Shown: positions 1-6,931 of the stretch, piece by piece
Layout of the letters: the number at the start of each line of letters is the position of its first letter
How positions within the stretch are numbered: position 1 is the stretch's first letter
Origin: Armatimonadota bacterium
GTDB lineage: Bacteria; Armatimonadota; Zipacnadia; Zipacnadales; UBA5352
DNA: 21,775 nucleotides
Assembly (NCBI GenBank): GCA_034722055.1
Contig: JAYENL010000273.1
Span: 1-21,775, forward strand
Direction of reading: 5' to 3'
Translations under genes and position numbers: made by a program
Notes under the pieces: model-generated
What the model was told of the DNA's origin: nothing
What the model saw: the letters and a program-made list of their open reading frames with translations, nothing else
Databases searched by the model: none

Positions 1-57
1 TTTGACCTGTGGCGGCGTGAACCGCGGGCCGGGTTTGGTGCTGTCGGCGGGCATCAT
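1..57 (-). CDS. 5' start of a gene running off the left edge (MMPADSTKPGPRFTPPQVK...), possibly a transposase
   Basis: AGGAGG at 67-62 (minus), tandem ATGs at 57 and 54, and an open frame to the window edge. Only 19 codons are visible. Confidence 0.5.
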   Translation of the reverse strand, partial: MMPADSTKPGPRFTPPQVK

Positions 58-164
58 CTGACCTCCTCGGGAGACCGAAAGGCTCCGATGATCGCTCACC
101 AACAGGTGCGCCACGACCTGACTGAGAACCTTCCCGCCAAGCCGAAAAAGGCGCATAACTTAGG
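1..164 (-). mobile_element. Probable terminal segment of an insertion sequence (family unassigned) inserted into the DUF1559-like gene
   Basis: The host gene begins abruptly at 165/166 (SCLSNMKQIGLA) where REKARQ and the prepilin N-terminus are expected. On the minus strand the foreign DNA begins CCTAAGTTATGCGCC at 164 and leads to an AGGAGG RBS and an ORF running off the window. No transposase motif, second end or target duplication is visible. Confidence 0.55.
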
Positions 165-165
165 A

Positions 166-719
166 AGCTGCCTGTCCAACATGAAGCAGATCGGGCTGGC
201 TGTGAAGATGTACGTCTCCGACTACGATGAGACCTATCCGATGCTGTGGTATGCTCACATGGAGAGCGGGATGTACGAGCAGTACGGCTTCAACTTCCGC
301 GAGCTGCTGCTGCCCTACATCAAGAACGATGAGCTCTGGCGGTGTCCCAGCCGGAGGCCCACCTTTGCTGACTGCCACTGGACCGGCTACGACTGGGGGA
401 GGGGGAGCAGGTCCTGGCTGGGCAGGCTGCACGGAGGCAGCTACGCCATGAACGCCGGCCGCTACGGCCGGCCGGCAGCCGCTCCGGGGGCGTCTCCGGC
501 GCACTGGAGTCGGAGATGCAGGACATCGCCGGCACGGTCTTCGTCATCGAGGCCGACTGCATGATGATGAACCCGGGCTTCACCTGGCGTCCCGACCCCT
601 TCAACTGCGACCACATGGAGTACCCGCACAACGACGGCTTCAACGCGACCTTCTGTGACGGCCACGCCAAGTGGCAGAAGAAGACGACCGTCGAGATGTT
701 CACGCTTGAGGCTGACTGA
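166..719 (+). pseudogene. Prepilin-type / DUF1559-like protein with C-terminal H-X9-DG motif, 5'-truncated and frameshifted
   Basis: The frame of ORF 88..564 gives SCLSNMKQIGLAVKMYVSDYDETYP...LLPYIKNDELWRCPS...GSYAMN. The frame of ORF 516..719 gives ...HNDGFNATFCDGHAKW. The frame switch lies in the GCCG-rich tract at about 454-480. The FTLIELLVV N-terminus is missing. Confidence 0.85.
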
Positions 720-748
720 GCGTCGTGACGTCCCGGAGGTCTGAAAGC

Positions 749-793
749 CAGCAGGCCGGCGCCGAGGCGCACTTGGTCGGTGCCGGCCTGCTG
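749..793 (+). terminator. Long inverted repeat after the DUF1559-like gene (terminator or REP-like)
   Basis: CAGCAGGCCGGCGCCGA (749-765) pairs with TCGGTGCCGGCCTGCTG (777-793), with one G-U pair. The U tail is poor. Confidence 0.5.
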
Positions 794-910
794 TGTGCTG
801 CCGCTGTCAGCCGGGACGCCGCCGGGCACGCCGTGTCCGGCCTGCGTTCTGAGCCGCAGGGAGGCCGTAGCTGCGGTCGTGCGCTTGATGTCGTGGTGCG
901 TTGCCCTCGC

Positions 911-945
911 TTGCGGCGTGCGGCTTGTGGCCTGTAGCTGCCGTT
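911..945. repeat. Degenerate heptamer tandem element, copy 1
   Basis: TTGCGGC GTGCGGC TTGTGGC CTGTAGC followed by TGCCGTT. The same layout occurs at 3163-3205 and 6569-6604. Confidence 0.65.
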
Positions 946-949
946 ACGC

Positions 950-978
950 TTGACGCTGGCCGGAGGCTCCGGTATACT
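950..978 (+). promoter_or_regulatory. Sigma70-type promoter of the YjbH-like gene
   Basis: TTGACG (950-955), 17 nt spacer, TATACT (973-978). Confidence 0.75.
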
Positions 979-1033
979 GCCGTCAGCTTCGCGAGACAGC
1001 CGTCGCAGGGAGCCGACTCTGGAGGTGTTGTGC

Positions 1034-1768
1034 GTGCGCGCTCATCGGGTTGGAGCAGCGGTTGCAGTACTGCTTGTTCTGTGCGCCGGGCTGAGCTGGG
1101 GTCAGGTGTGGGACATAGGAGAGCTCTGGGACGCCGAGGACGTTCGCCAGACGCCTATCACGGGCTGGTTCGGGACCTCCGGCCTGGTTGTGGTGCCCAC
1201 CGCGGAGGTGCTGGAGTACCAGGACATGCAGGTGCATTTCACGGCGGTTGACGACGAGGATCTCGATTGGCAGTACGTGTGGGGCGCCAATACGTGCATA
1301 CTGCCCGGCCTGGAGGCCGGCGTGACCATGCTCGATGACGCCTACACGCCTGCAGAGGTGGACAGCGAGCTGGTCTTCCAGGCGAAGTACCAGCTCGACC
1401 TGCAGGAGTTCCTGGAGCTCAGCGAGGACTTCCCCACGGTGGCCATCGGCGGCCGCGACCTGGCGGACGATGTCAACCGCGCCGTCTACGTGACCTTCAC
1501 CAAGGACCTGACGGCCACTCGCGAGCCGGAGTCCGCCGTGCGGCTCACGGTGGGCCTGGGGGAGACGGAGATCGGGGACGCCCCGCTCGACGGGCTCTTC
1601 GCGGGCGTTGACATGACACCATTTGACTTCGCCCGGCTGCAGCTCGAGCACGATGGCGAGAACTTCAACGCCGCTCTCCGCTACTGGTGGAGTGAGTGGG
1701 CCATCACCGGGATCGGTGTCGTCGATGGCCAGCCCGGCGTCACCGTAGTGGTCAGCTCGCAGTTCTGA
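1034..1768 (+). CDS. YjbH-domain-like secreted / outer-membrane beta-barrel protein
   Basis: GGAGG at 1021-1025, then GTG at 1034. Signal peptide (VGAAVAVLLVLCAGLSWG), GTSGLVVVPTAEVL motif, PTVAIGGRDL, alternating beta-strand pattern and C-terminal Phe. Confidence 0.65.
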   Translation: MRAHRVGAAVAVLLVLCAGLSWGQVWDIGELWDAEDVRQTPITGWFGTSGLVVVPTAEVLEYQDMQVHFTAVDDEDLDWQYVWGANTCILPGLEAGVTMLDDAYTPAEVDSELVFQAKYQLDLQEFLELSEDFPTVAIGGRDLADDVNRAVYVTFTKDLTATREPESAVRLTVGLGETEIGDAPLDGLFAGVDMTPFDFARLQLEHDGENFNAALRYWWSEWAITGIGVVDGQPGVTVVVSSQF

Positions 1769-1789
1769 GCCCAACACGCAGTAACGATG

Positions 1790-1816
1790 GCGCCCCGCCC
1801 GGCCCGGGCGGGGCGC
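1790..1816. terminator. Hairpin between the convergent YjbH-like gene and argD, probably a bidirectional terminator
   Basis: GCGCCCCGCCCG (1790-1801) and CGGGCGGGGCGC (1805-1816) form a perfect inverted repeat, followed by TTTG on the plus strand. Confidence 0.7.
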
Positions 1817-1836
1817 TTTGCATTGCGCTGGTGGCT

Positions 1837-3033
1837 TCAGTCCGGTGCTGCCAGCGCGTCGGCGATGATCTCCACGGCCCGCTCGCACTGCTCCGCAGTG
1901 ACGATCAGCGGCGGAGCGATGCGCACCACCTCAGGCGCCACGGCGTTGAGGACCAGCCCCCGCGTGAAGCATTCGTGCACCACGCCGCGGGCCCTCTCCT
2001 CCGACAGCGCCACGCCCAGCAGCAGCCCCTTGCCGCGCACGTGATCCACCATCGGCGAGCTCTCCGCCAGCGCGGCGAGGCGCTCGGTGAGCAGCTCTCC
2101 CATGCGCGCGGCGTTCTCGACCAGGCCTTCGTCCTCGATGATGGCAATCGTCTCCAGCGCCGCCGCGCAGGCCAGGTGATTGCCGCCGAAGGTGGAGGCG
2201 TGGTCGCCCGGCTCGAAGCTGGTCGCCACCTCGCCCTTCGCCAGGCAGGCGCCGATGGGGAAGCCCCCGCCCAGCGACTTCGCCAGCGTCATGATGTCGG
2301 GCTGGATGCCGGAGTGCTCGTATGCGAACCACGCGCCGGTACGGCCCATGCCCGTCTGCACCTCGTCGAGGATCAGCAGGATGCCCCGCTCGTCGCACAG
2401 CCGCCGCACATCGCCGAGGTAGCGCTCCGCCGGCACGTTGATGCCGCCCTCGCCCTGGATCGGCTCCAGCATCACCGCGCAGACGGTGTCATCGACCGCC
2501 TCCTCCAGGGCCTCGATGCTCCCGAACTCCACGTAGCGGAATCCCGACGGCAGCGGCGCGAAGGGCTTCTGGTACTTGGGCTGTCCGGTGGCGGTGACCG
2601 TCACGAGCGTGCGGCCGTGGAAGGACCTCTGTGCAGTGACGATGGTGCGCTGTCGGGGCGCCAGGTTCTGCCCCGCCCACTTGCGGGCCAGCTTGATGGC
2701 AGCCTCGTTCGCCTCCGCGCCGGAGTTGCAGAGGAAGCTGCGCTGCGCGAAGGAGATCTCCGCCAGCTTCTCGGCCAGCCGCGCCTGGGGGCCGATGACG
2801 AAGAGGTTCGAGGTGTGCATGATGCGCCCGGCCTGCTCGCAGATGGCGCTGACGAGCCTGGAGTGGCCGTGGCCCACCCCGCAGACGGCGATGCCGGCCA
2901 GGAAGTCCAGGTACTCCCTGCCGTCGGCGTCGATGAGCGTGGCGCCGTCGCCGTCAACGAAGGCCACCGGCGGCGGGGCGTAGGTGGGCATGAGGTACTG
3001 CTTCGCCAGCGCGGCCATCTCCTCATTGGTCAT
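1837..3033 (-). CDS. argD: Acetylornithine aminotransferase (class III PLP-dependent)
   Basis: YLDFLAGIAV, NSGAEANEAAIKLAR, SFHGRT, LEPIQGEGG, DEVQTGMGRTG, TLAKSLGGG (PLP Lys) and HASTFGGN. Located in the arg cluster. Confidence 0.95.
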   Translation of the reverse strand: MTNEEMAALAKQYLMPTYAPPPVAFVDGDGATLIDADGREYLDFLAGIAVCGVGHGHSRLVSAICEQAGRIMHTSNLFVIGPQARLAEKLAEISFAQRSFLCNSGAEANEAAIKLARKWAGQNLAPRQRTIVTAQRSFHGRTLVTVTATGQPKYQKPFAPLPSGFRYVEFGSIEALEEAVDDTVCAVMLEPIQGEGGINVPAERYLGDVRRLCDERGILLILDEVQTGMGRTGAWFAYEHSGIQPDIMTLAKSLGGGFPIGACLAKGEVATSFEPGDHASTFGGNHLACAAALETIAIIEDEGLVENAARMGELLTERLAALAESSPMVDHVRGKGLLLGVALSEERARGVVHECFTRGLVLNAVAPEVVRIAPPLIVTAEQCERAVEIIADALAAPD

Positions 3034-3147
3034 GGCGATTCCCCTTCGCGTGTATCTGTGCAGCGGTCCTGTGGCATGCGGGTGGGACGGTCCCCGTTGT
3101 CGTCCGTGCCGTAGGGTGAAGACAGTCAGTCGCAGCCGCTATGCATT

Positions 3148-3205
3148 GTCGTTGCCGTACCAGCCGTTGCTTGCAGCTTGCCGCTGGTAGCTTGTCGCTG
3201 CCGTT
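3148..3205. repeat. Degenerate heptamer tandem element, copy 2 (argB-argD spacer)
   Basis: GTCGTTGCCGTA (3148-3159), GCCGTTGC, then TTGCAGC TTGCCGC TGGTAGC TTGTCGC TGCCGTT. Confidence 0.65.
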
Positions 3206-3207
3206 CC

Positions 3208-4086
3208 TCATTCCCCCCGCACCATCGTCCCTATGCCGGCCTCGGAGAACAGCTCGATGAGCAACGAGTGCGGCCGCGAGCCGTCGATCATATGGGCCCG
3301 CTGCACCCCGCCCTCCACCGCCTCGACGCAGCTCTGCAGCTTCGGGATCATCCCCGAGCTCACCGCCTCCGACTCCAGCATTCCTCGGGCCTGAGAGAGC
3401 GTCAGCTCGCTGATGAGCGTGGACGGATCATCCCTGTCGCGCAGCAGCCCCGGCACGTCGCTGAGCGTCACCAGCTTCTGCGCGCCCAGCTCCACCGCCA
3501 GCGCGGCGGCCGCGTGGTCGGCGTTGATGTTCAGCGGCTCTCCGGTCTCCGACATGCCGATGGGCGAGAGGACCACAATATGTCCGGCGTCGATGAGATC
3601 GTGGATCAGCTCCGGGTGGATGTCCGTGACCTCCCCCACGTGGCCCAGGTCGGCGCCGTTCGGCCCCTTCATGCGGCGGGCGGCCAGCGTGCGGCCGTCC
3701 CGGCCGGAGATGGCCACGGCAGAGACGCCGGCCGCCTGGATGTGCGCCGCGATGTCCTGGCCGACGCTGCCCACCAGCACCATCTCGGCGATCTCCATAG
3801 TGGCATCGTCGGTCACGCGCAGGCCCTCCACGAACCTCGGCTCCAGCCCCAGGCGGTCCATCATCGCCGAGATCTTCCTCCCGCCCCCGTGCACCACCAC
3901 CGGCCGCATCCCCACGTAGTGCAGCAGCGCCAGGTCGGTGCATACGCTGCGCTTGAGGTCCTCGTCCACCATCGCCGCGCCGCCGTACTTCACCACGATC
4001 GTGGCGCCGCGGAACTGCCGGATGTAAGGCAGGGCCTCGATCAGCACCTCGGCCCGCATGGCAACGTCGTTGCTGTGCTCGTCCAT
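3208..4086 (-). CDS. argB: Acetylglutamate kinase
   Basis: LIEALPYIRQFRG, VVKYGG, VVHGGG, GLRVTD, NINADH and GMIPK. The N-terminal helix and C-terminal ELFS..GIGTM resemble the arginine-sensitive type. Confidence 0.97.
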   Translation of the reverse strand: MDEHSNDVAMRAEVLIEALPYIRQFRGATIVVKYGGAAMVDEDLKRSVCTDLALLHYVGMRPVVVHGGGRKISAMMDRLGLEPRFVEGLRVTDDATMEIAEMVLVGSVGQDIAAHIQAAGVSAVAISGRDGRTLAARRMKGPNGADLGHVGEVTDIHPELIHDLIDAGHIVVLSPIGMSETGEPLNINADHAAAALAVELGAQKLVTLSDVPGLLRDRDDPSTLISELTLSQARGMLESEAVSSGMIPKLQSCVEAVEGGVQRAHMIDGSRPHSLLIELFSEAGIGTMVRGE

Positions 4087-4099
4087 CTCCGCTATGCCC

Positions 4100-5308
4100 T
4101 CACTTTGCGTTGAGCTCCACGTACTGCGGCGTCATGTCACAGGTCCAGCACACCGCCGTCTCCCTGCCGAGTCTGAGATCGATGTCAATCTGGACCTCGT
4201 CGGCGGACATCACAGCGGCGGCGGCGTCCTCGTCGTAGTCCACCGGCCCTCCGGCCTCAAAGGCCAGCACCCCGCCGATGGCGATGGCGCAGCGGGCCGG
4301 ATCGACCTCGACGCCCGATGCCCCCACCGCCGCGGCGATGCGGCCCCAGTTGAAGTCCTCGCCGAAGATGCAGGTCTTCACCAGGTTCGAGCGCGTGACA
4401 GCCCGGCCGACCGCGCGCGCCTCCTGCCAGCTCTCGGCGCCGGTGACGCGCACCTGCACGAACTTGCTGGCGCCCTCGCCGTCGCGGGCGATCTTCTTCG
4501 CCAGGTCCCGGGTGACGTAGTCCAGCGCCGCTGCGAAGTCCCGGAAGGGCGTGCTCTCGGGGTCGCTGATCGCCTCGTTGCCGGCCTGGCCGTTCGCCAG
4601 CGCGATGACCGTGTCATTGGTGCTCATGTCCCCGTCCACGGCGATGCAGTTGAAGGAGCGCTCGACCGCCTCCCGCAGCGCTCCCTGCAGCACCGGCGCC
4701 TCGATGGCCGCGTCGGTGCAGATGAAGCACAGCATGGTGGCCATGTTCGGGCAGATCATCCCCGCGCCCTTGGCGATGGCGCCGATGCCCACGCGTCGGC
4801 CACCAATCTCCAGCTCCACCGAGCACTCCTTGGGCACCGTGTCGGTGGTCATGATGGCCCTGGCGGCATCCCGCGCGCTGTCGCGGGAGAGGCCGACGCA
4901 CAGGTCGGGGATGGCGGCCTCGATCGCCTCCATGGGAAGCTGCGCGCCGATCCGCCCGGTGGAGCAGACCAGCGTCTCATCCACCGGGACCTGCGTCTCC
5001 CGCGCCGCCAGCTCCACCATTCGTTCGGCGTTCTCCATCCCTCGCACGCCGGTGGCGGCGTTGGCATTGCCGGAGTTGGCGATGACGGTCCGTGCGGAGC
5101 CGTCCGCGACGTGGCGCTCGGTGACGTAGGTCGGGGCCGCCCGGAAGCGATTGGTGGTGATGGTGGCCGCGGCGCTGGCCGGGGCGCGGGAGTGCAGCAG
5201 CATCATGTCCAGCCCCTGGGGCTTGATCCCCGCGGCCGCCGCTGCAGCCACGAAGCCGTCCGCCACCAGCAGACCGCCCTCGATGACGTCGAATGCCGTC
5301 TCTGCCAT
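4100..5308 (-). CDS. argJ: Glutamate N-acetyltransferase / ornithine acetyltransferase
   Basis: NSGNANA, STGRIG, IMTTD, KGAGMICPNMATML (autoproteolysis Thr), DGDMSTND, DGEGASK and NWGR. Start placed at MAETAF (5308). Confidence 0.97.
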   Translation of the reverse strand: MAETAFDVIEGGLLVADGFVAAAAAAGIKPQGLDMMLLHSRAPASAAATITTNRFRAAPTYVTERHVADGSARTVIANSGNANAATGVRGMENAERMVELAARETQVPVDETLVCSTGRIGAQLPMEAIEAAIPDLCVGLSRDSARDAARAIMTTDTVPKECSVELEIGGRRVGIGAIAKGAGMICPNMATMLCFICTDAAIEAPVLQGALREAVERSFNCIAVDGDMSTNDTVIALANGQAGNEAISDPESTPFRDFAAALDYVTRDLAKKIARDGEGASKFVQVRVTGAESWQEARAVGRAVTRSNLVKTCIFGEDFNWGRIAAAVGASGVEVDPARCAIAIGGVLAFEAGGPVDYDEDAAAAVMSADEVQIDIDLRLGRETAVCWTCDMTPQYVELNAK

Positions 5309-5381
5309 CCCTATCCCTCGCTTCGCGCTGCGCGTCTTCTCGCGCCACACACGGGTCTGCGCTGCCCAGTCCCGTTCGCCG

Positions 5382-6413
5382 CTACGGCCAGATGGCGTAC
5401 CGGCTCAGCGCCGCCGTCTCGTCCACGCCGAGCATCAGGTTCATACACTGCACCGCCGCACCCGACAGCCCCTTCACGAGGTTGTCGATGGCCGAGACCG
5501 CGATCAGGCGGCCGGCGTCGGCGTCCACCGCCAGCCCGATGTCGCAGAAGTTCGAGCCGCTCACGTGCTTGGTGGCCGGGACGCTGCCTGCCGGCAGCAC
5601 CCGCACGAAGGGCTCGCCGGCGTAGAACTCACGGTAGAGCTCCACCGCCTCTTCGAGCGTGATCTCTCGCGTCAGCGTCCCGTAGCACGTGCTCAGAATC
5701 CCGCGGTTCATGGGGATCAAGTGCGGGGTGAAGGTCACCGTCACCGGCTCGCCCAGCGCGGACAGCTCCTGCACCATCTCCGGTCCGTGCCGATGCTGCG
5801 CGATCTTGTAGGCGGCCACGGACTCATTGCACTCCGGGTAGTGGGTGGTCAGCGACAGCGGCGTTCGACCCGCCCCGGAGACGCCGGATTTGGCGTCCAC
5901 GATCACGTCGGGCTCGATGAGGCCATTCACCGCCGCCGGCGCCAGCGCCAGGATGGCTCCGGTGGGGTAGCAGCCCGGCACGGCCGTGAGCTGCGCGGCG
6001 GCGATCTCCTCGCGGTGCAGCTCCGGCAGCCCGTAGACCGCCCGCTCCAGCAGCTCCGGGCGGGGGTGGGCCTCGTAGTACTGCTCGTAGACCGCGGCGG
6101 ACTTCAGCCGGTAGTCGGCCGAGAAGTCCACCACCTGCTTGCCCATCTCCAGCGCCTCGGCCACCAGCTCCGCGCCCACGGCGTGGGGGAGGGCGAAGAA
6201 CATCAGGTCCGCCTCTCCGGCGGCCGCCACGTCCGTCTCCCCGATCTCCATGTCGATGGCGCCGGCCAGGTGCGGGTAGAACTCCGCCAGCCGCTGCCCC
6301 ACCGTGGTGTGCCCGCCGAGGTAGACGATCTCCACCTCCGGGTGCTCCAGCAGGATGCGCACCAGCTCCACGCCCCCGTAGCCGGTTGCCCCGAAGACAG
6401 CGACCTTCGTCAC
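5382..6413 (-). CDS. argC: N-acetyl-gamma-glutamyl-phosphate reductase
   Basis: GATGYGG, ALPH, DFSADYRL, YGLPEL, PGCYPT (catalytic Cys), SGVSGAGR and DNLVKG. GTG start. Confidence 0.97.
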   Translation of the reverse strand: MTKVAVFGATGYGGVELVRILLEHPEVEIVYLGGHTTVGQRLAEFYPHLAGAIDMEIGETDVAAAGEADLMFFALPHAVGAELVAEALEMGKQVVDFSADYRLKSAAVYEQYYEAHPRPELLERAVYGLPELHREEIAAAQLTAVPGCYPTGAILALAPAAVNGLIEPDVIVDAKSGVSGAGRTPLSLTTHYPECNESVAAYKIAQHRHGPEMVQELSALGEPVTVTFTPHLIPMNRGILSTCYGTLTREITLEEAVELYREFYAGEPFVRVLPAGSVPATKHVSGSNFCDIGLAVDADAGRLIAVSAIDNLVKGLSGAAVQCMNLMLGVDETAALSRYAIWP

Positions 6414-6460
6414 GCCGATGCACTCCCTCTATCTGCCCTGTCGGTAGGATGCCGGCCGCG

Positions 6461-6509
6461 GCTGCCCGCGTTATCGCCTGGAATGGCGGGCAGCGTCGCC
6501 CGCCTGTAC
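6461..6509. repeat. REP-like overlapping hairpins in the argC 5' region
   Basis: GCTGCCCGC (6461-6469) pairs with GCGGGCAGC (6486-6494). Alternatively GGCGGGC (6485-6491) pairs with GCCCGCC (6498-6504), which is followed by TGTAC. Confidence 0.45.
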
Positions 6510-6562
6510 GGCGACTCCTCGAAGAGCGCGGGGCTTCGTCTCCGCCCCGCCGTGCAGCCGTC

Positions 6563-6604
6563 GTCGTTGCCGTAGCTTGTAGCTCGCAGCTCGTAGCTGC
6601 CGTC
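6563..6604. repeat. Degenerate heptamer tandem element, copy 3
   Basis: GTCGTTGCCGTA (6563-6574, identical to 3148-3159), then TTGTAGC TCGCAGC TCGTAGC TGCCGTC. Confidence 0.65.
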
Positions 6605-6615
6605 GCTGATGTACG

Positions 6616-6642
6616 AAAAAAGCCGCCCCATCGTCGGGCGGC
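6616..6642 (-). terminator. Intrinsic terminator inside the arg operon leader (attenuator)
   Basis: Minus strand GCCGCCC-GACGATG-GGGCGGC-TTTTTT: a 7-bp GC stem plus six U, lying between the promoter and argC in the sense orientation. Confidence 0.85.
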
Positions 6643-6683
6643 ACGGAAAATGCCTCGGTATGGTTGGCACAACCCGTTGTGGC

Positions 6684-6740
6684 CTACCGCCTGGCGCGCA
6701 GGCGTGCGGCGGACCACAACTGGACGGCGCTCGAATGCAT
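6684..6740 (-). CDS. Putative arg operon leader peptide MHSSAVQLWSAARLRARR
   Basis: ATG at 6740 preceded by GGGG, TAG at 6686-6684. Arg codons CGC, CGC, AGG and CGG at positions 13, 15, 17 and 18. The ORF overlaps alternative hairpins and stops 41 nt before the terminator stem. Confidence 0.65.
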   Translation of the reverse strand: MHSSAVQLWSAARLRARR

Positions 6741-6782
6741 CACGTAGCCCCGTGAACCGGTCTCTGTGGCAAGCGCGTCGCC

Positions 6783-6811
6783 AATATACCATATCGCCTC
6801 TAGGCGGTCAA
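6783..6811 (-). promoter_or_regulatory. Sigma70-type promoter of the arg operon
   Basis: Minus strand TTGACC (6811-6806), 17 nt spacer, TATATT (6788-6783), with an extended -10 TG. Confidence 0.75.
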
Positions 6812-6848
6812 GCACGGCTGCGGGGCTCGCAGAGAAGTCACGCGTGAT

Positions 6849-6878
6849 TTGACACCACTCGGAGCGGCTGCGTATAAT
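6849..6878 (+). promoter_or_regulatory. Consensus sigma70 promoter of the SH3-NlpC/P60 gene
   Basis: TTGACA (6849-6854), 18 nt spacer, TATAAT (6873-6878). Confidence 0.8.
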
Positions 6879-6931
6879 CAGCGGTTGGAGCCATACTTCC
6901 CCGACCGGGTGGAGCAAACGGGATCGCAACT

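Noticed and set aside
88..165. N-terminal 26 codons of ORF 88..564 as a real protein start
   Set aside because: No resemblance to the prepilin N-terminus expected before SCLSN. It reads through what appears to be inserted DNA.
1696..6575. Long plus-strand ORFs (1696..3114, 3178..4113, 4058..5662, 5151..6575)
   Set aside because: Antisense shadows of argD/B/J/C, as expected in GC-rich coding DNA, with no recognisable motifs.
6420..6790. T-box riboswitch or ARG box controlling the arg operon
   Set aside because: I found no T-box consensus (GGTGGNACC) before the terminator and no convincing AT-rich TGAAT/TGCAT-type ARG-box palindrome at the promoter.
6741..6929. 81-aa version of the leader ORF (6684..6929)
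   Set aside because: Its upstream part runs through both promoters and lies outside the predicted transcript. Only the part from 6740 (or GTG 6743) is plausible.
6879..6931. c-di-AMP (ydaO) riboswitch ahead of the NlpC/P60 gene
   Set aside because: The predicted 5' UTR is only about 50 nt and lacks the motif.
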